Positions 1 to 25,410 of a stretch of 64,000 nucleotides of DNA are shown here, one piece after another. The first letter of the stretch is position 1. Each line of letters begins with the position of its first letter. The position numbers and the translations under genes were made by a program. The DNA is taken from contig CM035352.1 of assembly GCA_020137815.1 (NCBI GenBank), positions 9,052,001 to 9,116,000 of the forward strand. The letters run 5' to 3'. Under the pieces are notes generated by a model that had not been told where the DNA came from, searched no databases, and was given only the letters and a program-made list of their open reading frames with translations. This DNA comes from Hormiphora californensis. Lineage: Eukaryota; Animalia; Ctenophora.

Positions 1-175
1 ACTGTATGGATTAGGGATTGGGCAATTGGGATTTATTGTTTAGCTCGTAGACCCTTTGTTACATTACATAGCATAGACTAGTATAGTATTAGTTGCTCAC
101 ATCAATCCAGCCCTCAGGCGAACAGTACCTTTGAAATGGACCCCTTGTATCACTGATCCCTCTATTCCCACACAG

Positions 176-831
176 GTACAAACCGTATGTGCCGAAGGAG
201 GGAGAGGACCCAATGTCAGAGTACATGAACCTACTGGCCATGCTGTTTAGTATGTGCGGCCTTATGATGCGCTTCAAGTGGGCAGCATGGGCAGCTGTAA
301 GTGATAATATTAATATCACATTGTTAATCATCCCCCCAACTAACTATCAAATCATTCTGGTTATTTGGGACAGACTGGACAGAGATCACCATATAATATC
401 GATGTGACGTGTTGTGATCAATCTTAGTAGTATGGGTTCATGTGGGAATGTATTATTGTGGGGAAGCCATTATATTAACCATGTCTCCCCTGTCACATAT
501 TGTTACACTGTGTTAGTTAGTTTAATAGTTTTGCCCTAGTGTTCCTTTTGAACTTACAACGTACAACTTGCACGTCTCCAATCTTTTAGTTAGGGAAACT
601 AACATTTCATGGGATGAGAGAGGGTCAAGCAATAGGTGTCAATATAATGCCTGGGAAATTAACTAAACCCCCCCCCCCTGACAGGTGTACTGTGCGTTTA
701 TTGGGTTTTCAAATTCACGAAGCTCAGAGGATACTAAGCAGATATTCAGTAGTTTCATGCTCTCCATCTCTAGTGTCGTAATGAGTTATCTACAGTCCCC
801 AACACCCATGGCAATCAGCTATTTCTCCTGA
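176..831 (+). CDS. WDR83OS: Asterix / PAT complex subunit; 3' exons 176-296 and 685-831, first exon probably upstream of the window
   Basis: Spliced translation [41 protein letters not shown]|[48 protein letters not shown] closely resembles Asterix; GT-AG intron 297-684. Confidence 0.95.
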
Positions 832-1077
832 ACACTTAACGGGCACTAGGGGACCTCCCTGCTCGTCTCGGGTGTATCAGACCTGGACAATGTGACAAAA
901 TGTGACAATGTGTCGTCCACGCTCGGAACCTCCCCCCAATATGTTTCTCTCTTTTTGTGTGACTATTAATAATGCGAATATGTATCAGTTAAAATTATTC
1001 TGTTTTTGAGACCTTTACTTTCCTGACACTATTTCACTGCTATTTTAGAGGCTGTTTAATGATCAACTATAATCAGT

Positions 1078-1090
1078 CCCCCCTCTCTAG
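1078..1090 (+). promoter_or_regulatory. Putative trans-splice acceptor of PDCL
   Basis: ccccctctctAG 12 nt before the ATG; only 271 bp back to the Asterix stop codon. Confidence 0.6.
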
Positions 1091-1102
1091 CAAGACTGAA
1101 AC

Positions 1103-3437
1103 ATGGCTACAATGGAAGACAGACTACTTGGGGAGAAACTCCACTATTACTGCAGCAGTAGTGAAGATGAGGGGGATGACAAAGAAGAGGAAAAAGAGAC
1201 GCAACAAGAGGATGAAGAGGGTGGATTCAACACAGAAAAGTCGAAGGAGGCCCAAGCAGAAAAGATAGCCGGGCAAGAGTGGAAGGGGGTGAGTAAACGG
1301 AGCGCGCGGTGTCTAACTCACATGACATTTCTTGTTGTCAGCACTTCGTGCGCGCGCACTGTACTTCGCTGAGCTTCCACAACGTCTTTACCCTCACACT
1401 TCCAAATGTGGATGGCATCAGCCCGGAAGCAGTGATGGCTACCAGAAAGCGAACACGTTGTTTTTTCAGGGTAACAGACGACATAACACTGGTGTAAAGG
1501 GAGTGAAAGAAGATGCGAGGGCCTATCAACGGTGGATCTTAGAAAAAGAACAGAAACGGATAGATGATCTGGCGAAAGCTGCTTCTCGATTCTCTCTCCA
1601 GGGTAACTCTCATAATGTCCTCCCCAGTCCCCCGATTATATAGCCCCATTATCTTCCCCTCGAGCTTCCCCTCGCCACACACCTAAATCCTAACCCCCCC
1701 CCCCCCCCCACTTAGAGCCTGATAAAGGGGAGGTTAGTGACCTAGAAGACGATGATGACGAATTCATGGCCGCCTATAGACAGAAGAGGATGCAAGAAAT
1801 GAAGGAGATAGTGTCACCAGTATTTGGAGTTGTTACTGAACTAACGGAGAACACATTCTGTGAGACTATAGATGCAGCTGCCCCTTACACTGATGTTGTA
1901 GTGTACATACATGAGAACCATATTGCTGCCTGCAGGAGGTATGTGGGGACCATTGTACAGGATGGTAGGGAGGTGGCCCCATCTTGGGGTGGTAGGGAGG
2001 TGGCGTGTAGAAGGAAAGGGTAGGAGTTATTGTATGAGTGTCAGGGTGTTTGAGTTGCTTGAAACTGTGTATGAACAATTCAAAAACTGGGTGAACAGTA
2101 GGGGGTGCCAATCTAGGATTTCTGAACTGGTTGAAGAGAGTAGGGGAGCTTTTCACTGTTCTGAACACTGTTCATTGAACTGTAGGGGGTGGTATTCACT
2201 GGATACTGGTCATTAGTAATGTGCTAAATTTAGAAGATCTGTAAAGAAAGACGTGAAATTGGATTCTTTGACAGGTCAATTGAGTCGCCTGACACTGTGT
2301 CATTTAGTGGGCTATAGGTAGTTCTAGAATCTCTAAGGGGGGGGGGGTGTGAACAATTTCTCTACAGAGCTGTGTGGGAAGAACTTAGGACATCAGTGAC
2401 AATAGACAGATCTCTCTGAGAGAGAGAATAGACAGATCGTCGCAGGTACGCGAACTGTGAAATAGAGAAAGAGAGGGAGAAAGATAGAGAAAGAGAGGGA
2501 GAGGGAGAGGGAGAGAGAGAGAGAGAGAGGGAGAGAGAGGGAGAGGGACTGAGAGTAATAGAGAAAGAGAGAGATACTTACTTCACTTTTTTGAGAGAGA
2601 GAGAGAGAAATGAAGCTGGATTTAAATTAGATCTGTCAAATCTGGATAGCTCCTGTATTTACTATTGTCACACAATTGACAACTCTAGCTCTGTCTTCCT
2701 CTGAACAAGACAAGTGTGAGAGCTTTGAAATAGAGAGAGCTGAGAGAGTGAGCTGGTTTAAACTTCTTGACGTCTAGCAAGACCTAGTTCGACCCTCTTT
2801 CTAGCTATGTAAAGGAGGTTTAGAACATGACAAGTCGATCCCGTGTCAGCAGGCAGCTTCATGGTAGTGCATCGTCTCTGATATTATCGCTGGTTCCTAA
2901 ATTCACGTCCCTTTCATCACAAAACAACCAATACCCATGCCAGGTATAAGGAGATGCTCCCTAGAATGGCTGTGGAGTTTCCACACACCCAGATATGTTG
3001 TATCAAGGCTAGTGCTGCCCAGATGAGCTCCAATTTCATACAGCGGGGTTTACCCACCTTCATTGCATACAAGTAAGTGTTGGAATCCCCAGTTACATTA
3101 TACAACCCCCAGTTGTAAAGCCTCATTTAAACAACTGGAAGGGCCGTTCTGTCGTGCGGCAGAGTTTGGTACGCTATAACCTAGAGCCACACACACACAC
3201 ACAACTGGAAGGGGTTTCATCTTCATTCCATGCAGGGCACTCGAAATAGTTCTAATCGACCCTTTATTAGGTTAAATCGACATCTAGTCAAGTTCTAACT
3301 GCACCTCTTTACTTTACAACAGGGCAGGTGAGGTGAAATCTACTTGGATTAATATTCGTGAGTTTATTGGTGACGATGCAGAGTGGGATGTGCTGATTGA
3401 GAATCTACAGGAACAGAGGATACTACCTTACATCTAG
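1103..3437 (+). CDS. PDCL: Phosducin-like protein 1; exons about 1103-1288, 1470-1602, 1716-1938, 2944-3072, 3323-3437
   Basis: N-terminal MATMEDRLLGEKLHYYCSSSEDE, NTGVKGV motif, FMAAYRQKRMQEM, thioredoxin-like C-terminus (GLPTFIAYKAGE); all junctions GT-AG and in frame. Confidence 0.93.
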
Positions 3438-3989
3438 AAAGGAGTTAGAAAGGAGCTGTTACTCAACAAGGAGTTGTTGATTACGGGGGAGTAAGTAGCT
3501 GGAACGGACAGTTCAGAAAACCCTTCTGGTATACACCGAACATCCTGAACTGTGTGTGAATCAAAGGGTACACTAAGGCAATTATTAGGTAATTGATTAG
3601 AAAAAGTTAACATTGTGTGCTGATTAAAAACGATAATAAACTCATAAGAGCAAGGTACCAAGAAGGTTTGGGAACAGTTACTATTTTTGTTATTCTTTTG
3701 GATTTCATTTAATTTGTATTGTATCATGCTTTTATCTATCTACATTCATCTAAATTACCAAGTGTTTTATTCACTTTCCTTTTTATAGATTCCCCCTTTG
3801 TCTCACCTGCTATGACGCCCACCCTAACTAACTACTAAAAGGTGAACCCCGCTCCCCCAGCTCGACAACTACTTTAAAACTCTACTTCTAACCCTAAACT
3901 AACTCCTAGTTCCCTCCCAAGTGCCATGTATCACTAACCCCTAGTTTTCTCATGAGACACCCCCCCCCCCCCCATGAGACTCATGTATC

Positions 3990-4001
3990 ACTAACCCCTA
4001 G
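3990..4001 (+). promoter_or_regulatory. Putative trans-splice acceptor of the zinc-finger gene
   Basis: ctaacccctAG (branch-like CTAAC plus C tract) 16 nt before ATG 4018. Confidence 0.55.
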
Positions 4002-4017
4002 TTATCTCCCAAGTGCC

Positions 4018-9130
<5,113 letters not shown>

Positions 9131-9589
9131 GAGTTCGAGGATAAGTTAATCACTACGTCATATTAGTTGAATTTGAGGATATATATTGCTGCGCCTGCTG
9201 GTATTTTAATTGCGTTCCTGTGTGTTATATTGTTTTGCTAAACATGGGATGTTTTTATCAAATTTTATGAGCATTATTGATATGCCTTGTCCATTAATGT
9301 GATGGGATAGTTTTTCCAGACTCATTTTTGAATTTCTCTTGATTCTACAAAGTTCCTTCACCCCCTCTCTCTAGACCCCTCAGCCAACCTCTCTCTCTCT
9401 CTCTCTCTCTCTAGATCCCTCACTCCATCCCTCTACTACTCTAACCCCATCCCCCTCTCCATCTAGTACATCATGGCACCACCAAGGCTGGATCCATGGA
9501 AGAACCAAGAGGAATGGAGGATGGTATACCCCCATCCCCCCTCTCCCTCTAGATCCCTCACCCCATCCCCCCTCTACTTCTCTAACCCC

Positions 9590-9609
9590 ATCCCCCTCCC
9601 TCCCTCTAG
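9590..9609 (+). promoter_or_regulatory. Putative trans-splice acceptor of LAS1L
   Basis: C/T tract plus ctctAG 6 nt before ATG 9616. Confidence 0.6.
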
Positions 9610-9615
9610 TACATC

Positions 9616-11001
9616 ATGGCACCACCAAGGCTAGATCCCTGGAAGAACCAAGAGGAATGGAGGATGGTATACGACCTCCTCTACTCCCCAAACCACCCAG
9701 ACATAACCAGAGGTCTATCCTTCCTGACCGTCTGGCGACTCCGCTCTCCCCGCCTGCCCCTCGCAGTAGAGTGTACTGGGGAGCTGGTCCGGGCTAGTTT
9801 AGAACTGGGCGATACCAACTCAATCATCTCCACCTACTCTCTTGCCATTATCCGGTTTGTTAATGGCTACACAGACAGGGCCCAGGCAGGACTCTTTGCC
9901 CGACCTACCCTGGCCCTGGGTTCCAGTCTGGGTATCCCAGAGTGGATAGTGTATATGCGACATGATGCTACCCACAAATCCCTACCAACCATAAGGGAAG
10001 CCCGGGCTGCTGCCCAGTTCGCACTAAGTTGGTTGCGGAGTCAGTACTGGGACGCCCAGGTGGAGCATGTTGCCATGGTAACGGACAAGTCACGTGATAT
10101 GCTGGAGAGGTATGTGGAACTACAGGGCAGAGTGGAGGGGAAGAAGGCCAAGAAGGGGGAGTTAAGTGAGATGATAGAGAGGATGTGTTCTCAGCCCTCC
10201 TACGAGATGGGTATACTGACAGAGAGCATCATAGACCGTTGCCTGGCAACCGATAATAACAAGAGTGTTGTCCCCCTGTTAAATCATCTGAGGAGAGTTA
10301 AACCTGTGTTGTTTGATGAGATTTGGGTATCTTTAACACGCCACTATAACCCCTCAACTGTAACTCATCTGCGGGCCTTGTTTTCTGAATTCCATCAGAA
10401 TGACCTCCTTCCATGTCGGGACTCACTAAGGGAATCAGTAGTCCGGGCCCTACTGCGAGTAGAGAACAACCCAGAAACTAGGGAGTTGTGTCAGAAACTT
10501 CTAGCGGGGATTAGTACACCGCTAGAGAGGTTACTTAACATTACAACAACCAGTGGTCCAGCACAACAAGTCAGTGGTCCAGCACAACAAGTCAGTTCTC
10601 CACCCCTTACTCAACAAGTCAGTGCTCCATCCATTACACAGCAACTCAGTGAAGGAGGGGAGATAGTGGGGACACTCCGTCAAATTGTTGAGAGATGCAG
10701 GAAGGATCAGGGAGCCAGTAATAAGAGGTTTACAATGTGTCATGTTAAGGACTGGGAGGGTGTTCCATTGGGATCACTGCCATACAGTGATGTTAGTAAC
10801 TACAGTGATATGGTAGTAGTCCAGGAGAAGACGAGGGAGAGGGAGCTGGTGAAGGAATGTACCCCGGTTGTGACAGAAACAAGTCATATTGTCGTTCCTG
10901 ATGTTCCAGAGACTGACACTTCAATACAGAGTGAAAGTAGTGAAGTTGTTAGTAAATTAGAGATCTTGAGAAAGAAAGTCAGACTTTTAGACGAAGAATA
11001 A
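9616..11001 (+). CDS. LAS1L: LAS1-like ribosome biogenesis endoribonuclease, intronless
   Basis: PWKNQEEWRMVYDLLY, LPLAVECT, YSLAIIRFVNG, LGIPEWIVYMRHDATHKSLP (HEPN RxxxxH motif), WLRSQYW. Confidence 0.93.
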   Translation: MAPPRLDPWKNQEEWRMVYDLLYSPNHPDITRGLSFLTVWRLRSPRLPLAVECTGELVRASLELGDTNSIISTYSLAIIRFVNGYTDRAQAGLFARPTLALGSSLGIPEWIVYMRHDATHKSLPTIREARAAAQFALSWLRSQYWDAQVEHVAMVTDKSRDMLERYVELQGRVEGKKAKKGELSEMIERMCSQPSYEMGILTESIIDRCLATDNNKSVVPLLNHLRRVKPVLFDEIWVSLTRHYNPSTVTHLRALFSEFHQNDLLPCRDSLRESVVRALLRVENNPETRELCQKLLAGISTPLERLLNITTTSGPAQQVSGPAQQVSSPPLTQQVSAPSITQQLSEGGEIVGTLRQIVERCRKDQGASNKRFTMCHVKDWEGVPLGSLPYSDVSNYSDMVVVQEKTRERELVKECTPVVTETSHIVVPDVPETDTSIQSESSEVVSKLEILRKKVRLLDEE

Positions 11002-11162
11002 TCATGATAATGTTTATCATTTTTAATTTATTGTATGCTTTTAACCTTTAGTTTACATCTTGTTGAGTTATTAAACCCATCATTTTCACTACTCATGTAG
11101 TAAGCTATGACTAGTAGAATAGAAGAGCTATTGATCATTAAACCTGCTTTATCCACTAAGCT

Positions 11163-20422
<9,260 letters not shown>

Positions 20423-20900
20423 ACCACCCAACACCTCCCCTACACATCACCCAACACCTCCCCTACACCTTTATACCTAACAACATCGAACAACAAGGAC
20501 ACACACTGCGGAGCTGAGAGAGATGTCTGCCAGTTGACACACACACACTGCGGAGCTGAGAGAGATATCTACCAGGTTTTGGGGCTTTTTGGGATTTGCA
20601 TCACGTGACTACTAGGACACGTGACTACTATCACGTGACTCTAGGAACATGTCTCAGCAGCAGGATGGTGAAGGATGGTGATGTGTGTTTTTTGTAAAGC
20701 TCGATACTCTATTTGTTTAACAAAAACGAAACCCACGACTTTTGATAGTGCCCCACAAATGAAATGTTCGACCAATATATCTGTCATTTTTATCGTTTTG
20801 CACACACGTTTTGTCTGAGTTTTTGTGCTCCTGCAACCCACCCCCTTCTACACCCTCCAACACCCTCCTACCCGCTCCAATCATCAACGACTAACCTAAT

Positions 20901-21602
20901 ATGGCCCTGGGATTGAGAAGTCAACCTATTGACATCATCAACACCTATCTTGACGGAGATGGCGCCTCTACCGCCGCGGTTGCCGCCTCACTAAAGAAGA
21001 AGAACACTGACCCAATTGCATGCATGCTGTCTATAATGTTCGCGGTTAACAGCAGGCAAGAGGATAGAGTTAAAGTATTTGAACAACAGATTCTTGACCT
21101 TACTAAAGAGAACAAGGAACTGAAAGAGGAGAACCAGGAACTCAGTGACCGCCTACTCCGCGCCGAGGCTTATAGTGGCAGAGCTACCAGTATTCTGACC
21201 AACGTGCCCCAACCAGCCGGTAACAATGAAGACACTGTTGCCGTGGTAACCGGGGTTGTTAAGAAGATTATACCTGATTTTACCCGTGAGAGGATCTCAG
21301 TAGCCCACCGCAACAAGCAACGTACTGACAACAAGCCACGCTCTATCACAGTGGTTTTCACCCACATCAGAGACAAGGATATTGTATCTGATTTCCGGAA
21401 ACAGCAACCTCTAAGACCCAACAAAATCGGGGTCTATCACTACACCCCCAAGAGTGTACTGGAGAGGAAACAACAACTGCAAGATCTGGACTGTGTAGAG
21501 AAGATCTACTATGATGGACCGAACCGGATGTTCAGTGTCAAGTTAGAAGGAGAAGAGAAATTCAGACGCAATGTGCTAACGAGAAATGACATTATGAACT
21601 GA
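20901..21602 (+). CDS. ORF1 of a CR1-group LINE (coiled coil plus RRM-like region)
   Basis: Coiled coil LTKENKELKEENQEL followed by ISVAHR...KPRSITVVF, typical of LINE ORF1. Confidence 0.75.
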   Translation: MALGLRSQPIDIINTYLDGDGASTAAVAASLKKKNTDPIACMLSIMFAVNSRQEDRVKVFEQQILDLTKENKELKEENQELSDRLLRAEAYSGRATSILTNVPQPAGNNEDTVAVVTGVVKKIIPDFTRERISVAHRNKQRTDNKPRSITVVFTHIRDKDIVSDFRKQQPLRPNKIGVYHYTPKSVLERKQQLQDLDCVEKIYYDGPNRMFSVKLEGEEKFRRNVLTRNDIMN

Positions 21603-22770
21603 ACTTTTATCTCGCGGCCAGGCTGAACTACTTAGTATATTTATTAATCTTAACAATACCAACATTTGTATCAGTACCTTCTACAGAGTTGGTACTCTCT
21701 CCACAGACAATTTTAGTGTTTTTCGACAACATATTCTCTCACTCACTAAATCACGTGGTTTTAGACGCCACCTACTGATAGGGGATTTTAATCTCCCTGG
21801 TATTTCCTGGCCCACAGCCACTTGTAGTAACTCATTAGAGAGTGACTTTGTAAATCTTTTAGTTAATGATCTGGGTCATACTCAGGTTATTGATCAGCCG
21901 ACACACATTTCTGGTAACACTCTGGACTTAGTTTTCACAAATTGTCCCGATCTTATAGATCAGCCAGAAGTTTTAGAACGTGACCAGATCTGTGTAACTG
22001 ATCACCTCGGTGTCACCCTGAACATTGATTTTAAAGTTCGTGCTCTAAAGGGGCCCGATCGTTATTATTATAATTTCGCCAATGCTAATTTCCTTTCTCT
22101 TAATGTAGCTTTAGCTAGAGTAAACTGGAACAATGTTATTACTGCCGATATCACAGCCTCATGGGACCGTTTCAGGTCCATCTTGATCTCTCTCTGTGAT
22201 CAATATATACCTAAAAAGCGTGTCAAAGGTAGTTTTGCCCCACTCTGGTGGGATCATGAGTGTGATAAGGCACGTAATAAGAAAGAGACGCTCCGTAAGC
22301 GGCATATTAAAGTGAAAACTGACGAGTCTAGGAATAGCTACTGCAGATCTAGGAAAGTTTTTAAATCCGTAATCAATGGTAAGATGAATAGTTACTTCGG
22401 TGTGGGTGACCAGGGAGGTATTTCCAAACGTTTTTGGTCCCACATCAAGTCATCTAAGAAATCTGCTAGGATTCCGGATACTGTTTTTCGTAACGATATT
22501 TCCAGATCTGATCCAGTAGGTAAAGCTAACTTGTTCAACTCTCACTTCTTTGAGCAGTTTACGTCTCCCAGTAACTATGATATTTCTATTGACTACTCTA
22601 CAGAGTCTGACCCAGACAACTTTCTTAATCTAGAAGAAGTTCACAAGGCACTCATCTCCATCAACTCATCCAAAGCCTGTGGGGCAGATGGTATTCACGG
22701 AAAAGTTCTTAAAAACTGTGCCGGATCACTGTCGTACCCACTTTGGCTACTTTTCAACAATAGTTTTAGA

Positions 22771-23086
22771 GGGGGGGGTGACACGTAACACTTTGTAACA
22801 CTTTGTAACATGTGCAGAAAACTTTTTGTGCACGTTACATGTTACAAAGTGTTACAAAGTGTTACAAAGTGTTACAAAGTGTTACAAAATGTTACAAAGT
22901 GTTACAAAATGTTACAAAATGGGCATTTTTTGCAACATTTTGCAACATTTTGCAACATTTTGTAACACTTTGTAACACTTTGTAACACTTTGTAACGCTT
23001 GTAACACTTTGTAACATGTGCAGAAAATATTTTGTGCACGTTACATGTTACAAAGTGTTACAAAGTGTTACGTGTCACCCCCCCCC
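22771..23086. mobile_element. MITE with G-run TIRs and internal 10-bp tandem repeats (tgttacaaag)
   Basis: GGGGGGGGTGACACGTAACA...TGTTACGTGTCACCCCCCCC flanked by TTTAGA at 22765-70 and 23087-92. Confidence 0.88.
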
Positions 23087-23402
23087 TTTAGAACCGGATC
23101 TATACCTGATGATTGGAAACTCGCTTCTATCGTACCCGTTTTTAAAAAGGGTGAGAAGAAGGATGTTTCAAATTACAGGCCTATTTCCCTACTCTCTTTA
23201 GTCTCGAAGCTTTTAGAAGATTTAGTTAGATCTAGATTACTTATTAGAATCTGTGGCCCACTCATTGATCCTAGACAGCATGGTTTTATGCAGGGTAGAT
23301 CGTGTAATACTCAGTTGATCCCTTTCACATACTCCCTTGCTGCCGGTATAGGTGATGGGTGCAGATCTGATGTGGTCTATTTTGACTTTGCTCGTGCTTT
23401 TG

Positions 23403-23850
23403 GGTAAGCGGTAAAGGTTGACCCGTCTCCTGAGAATTATATTTTTATTTGGCCATAACTCAGCCATTTCTTGACCAATTTGCAAAATCTTGGGCTCATT
23501 GGAAAAAAGACATTAAGATCTTTAAAATGAGCTCAATAAAATGAAAATTGGCGCAAATTGCGCGGCGTAGTGGCAAAAACGCGCATTTTACGCCATTGCG
23601 CCGCGCAAAGCCGCGCAATTTGCGCCGATTTTGATTTTCTTGGGCTCATCTGAAAGAGCTCAATGTCTTCTTTCCAATGAGCCCAAGATTTCGCAAATTG
23701 GTCAAGAAATGGCTGAGTTATGGCCAAATAAAAATATAATTCTCAGGAGACGGGTCAACCTTTACCGCTTACCTGTCTGGCGCCGCGACCCATCTGAGCG
23801 CACTGTTGAGAATCAAATTGGGGTCTGGCGCCGCCAGACAGCCGCTTACC
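23403..23850. mobile_element. Mutator-like palindromic MITE with 9-bp TSD
   Basis: GGTAAGCGG...CCGCTTACC; TSD GTGCTTTTG at 23394-402 and 23851-59. Confidence 0.9.
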
Positions 23851-25410
23851 GTGCTTTTGACTCCTGTAACCATGATTTAATACTTTCTAAGCTCAAATAT
23901 CAATTTAACGTAGATGGGGAAATGTTAAACTTTATCAAGAACTATCTCATGAACCGTACACAGCGGGTAGTAGTTGATGGGCAGGCCTCTGATACCCTAC
24001 CTGTTATCTCTGGTGTACCCCAGGGTAGCCTTCTTGGACCCATTCTGTTTATTATCTTTATTAACGATATATTTAATGAGGCAACTGAGGGCACTGGAAT
24101 ATCACTATATGCGGATGATACTAAGATCTGGAGACGTATTGAATGTATGTCAGATCACTACTCTCTCCAAGAGACTGTTAACAACCTCCAATCCTGGGCC
24201 GTCCGTAATAGAATGATATTTCATCCCAACAAGTGTCACACTCTTAGTATAGCTAGGACTTCTAGTCGCCACTCGATTGATAACTATCTAAATCAGCTTT
24301 CATTTCTTCCCTGTTATAACTATTTTTATGAATTAGATGGTATTATTTTAGATTATGTTACTGTTCAGAAAGATCTTGGAATTCTTATAACTCAAGATCT
24401 AAAGTGGACCACCCACTGTTATTACATTGTCTCTCTAATGAGATCTAGTTTTAATCGTTTAAGATACACCTGTTATTTTCTTTCGAACAGCTCCCATAAA
24501 CGATCTCTATATTTTTCTATGGTTCGTTCCTTTACTGAGCATTGTAATCCTATTTGGAACAATATTGGTAAAACCCATCTCTACAATTTTGAAAGACTCC
24601 AAAAGAGTATCGTCAAATGGATAAGAAATGAACCCTTAGCCTCTTATACTAATTCCGTTTATTTTAAATACCTTTTAGAACTTAATATTTTACCCATTAA
24701 AGAGCTGTTCATTTACAATAATCTTAAACTGTTTTACAAGATTCTCCATGATTTAGTGCCCTTGCCTTTGCCCCATTTTATTAGCTTGTCAGACCCAGCT
24801 TCACTTAGATATACCCGCCATAATGTTAATATAATACAAGGTCTAGATATCACTTCTTTTGATGACACTCTGAACATCAGGGCTCACCCTAACCTGAGGA
24901 ATACTTATTTCCACAAAACCACCTCGGTTTGGAACTCTATTCCGTATGAAATCAGGCAGAGTGCTAGCCTTCCTGGCTTCCTAGTTTCTCTCAGGAGGTA
25001 TCTCTATGACTCAGTCGATATCGATAGTATTTTACCATAGATTTCACATTTCACATTTCACATCAACAACAACAACAACAACAAAATGGATTTATATACC
25101 GACTAAATAGACAAGTACTCTCGATTGGTTCGAAGAGCAATTGCCATTCATAGCGGTTCTCTCATCCTATCTTGACATATTGGTTGACAAAAGGTCGCAA
25201 ATGGTAACTCATACTGGTGACTTATAACTGACATATATAGTAGACTTTATTAACTCTCAACACTTGGTGACTGTGGGTGACAAGTATAATCAGAAAAAAT
25301 AATAACAAAAATGATAAACTGAATAGTATCTTAGATTATAAAGAATTATGTGGCAGCAGCAGGGGTGACCGTGTGAGAACGGGGACTAATGAATAACCGA
25401 AAAGAAATTA

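Larger units (their letters stand above)
21623..25040 (+). pseudogene. CR1-group LINE ORF2 (APE with N-terminus missing, RT), interrupted by two MITEs
   Basis: LLIGDFNLP, PTHISGNTLDLVFTN, NYRPISLLS, YFDFARAFD, SGVPQGSLLGPILF, LYADDTK; the frame is restored when the inserts are removed; the 3' UTR probably continues past 29850. Confidence 0.9.
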
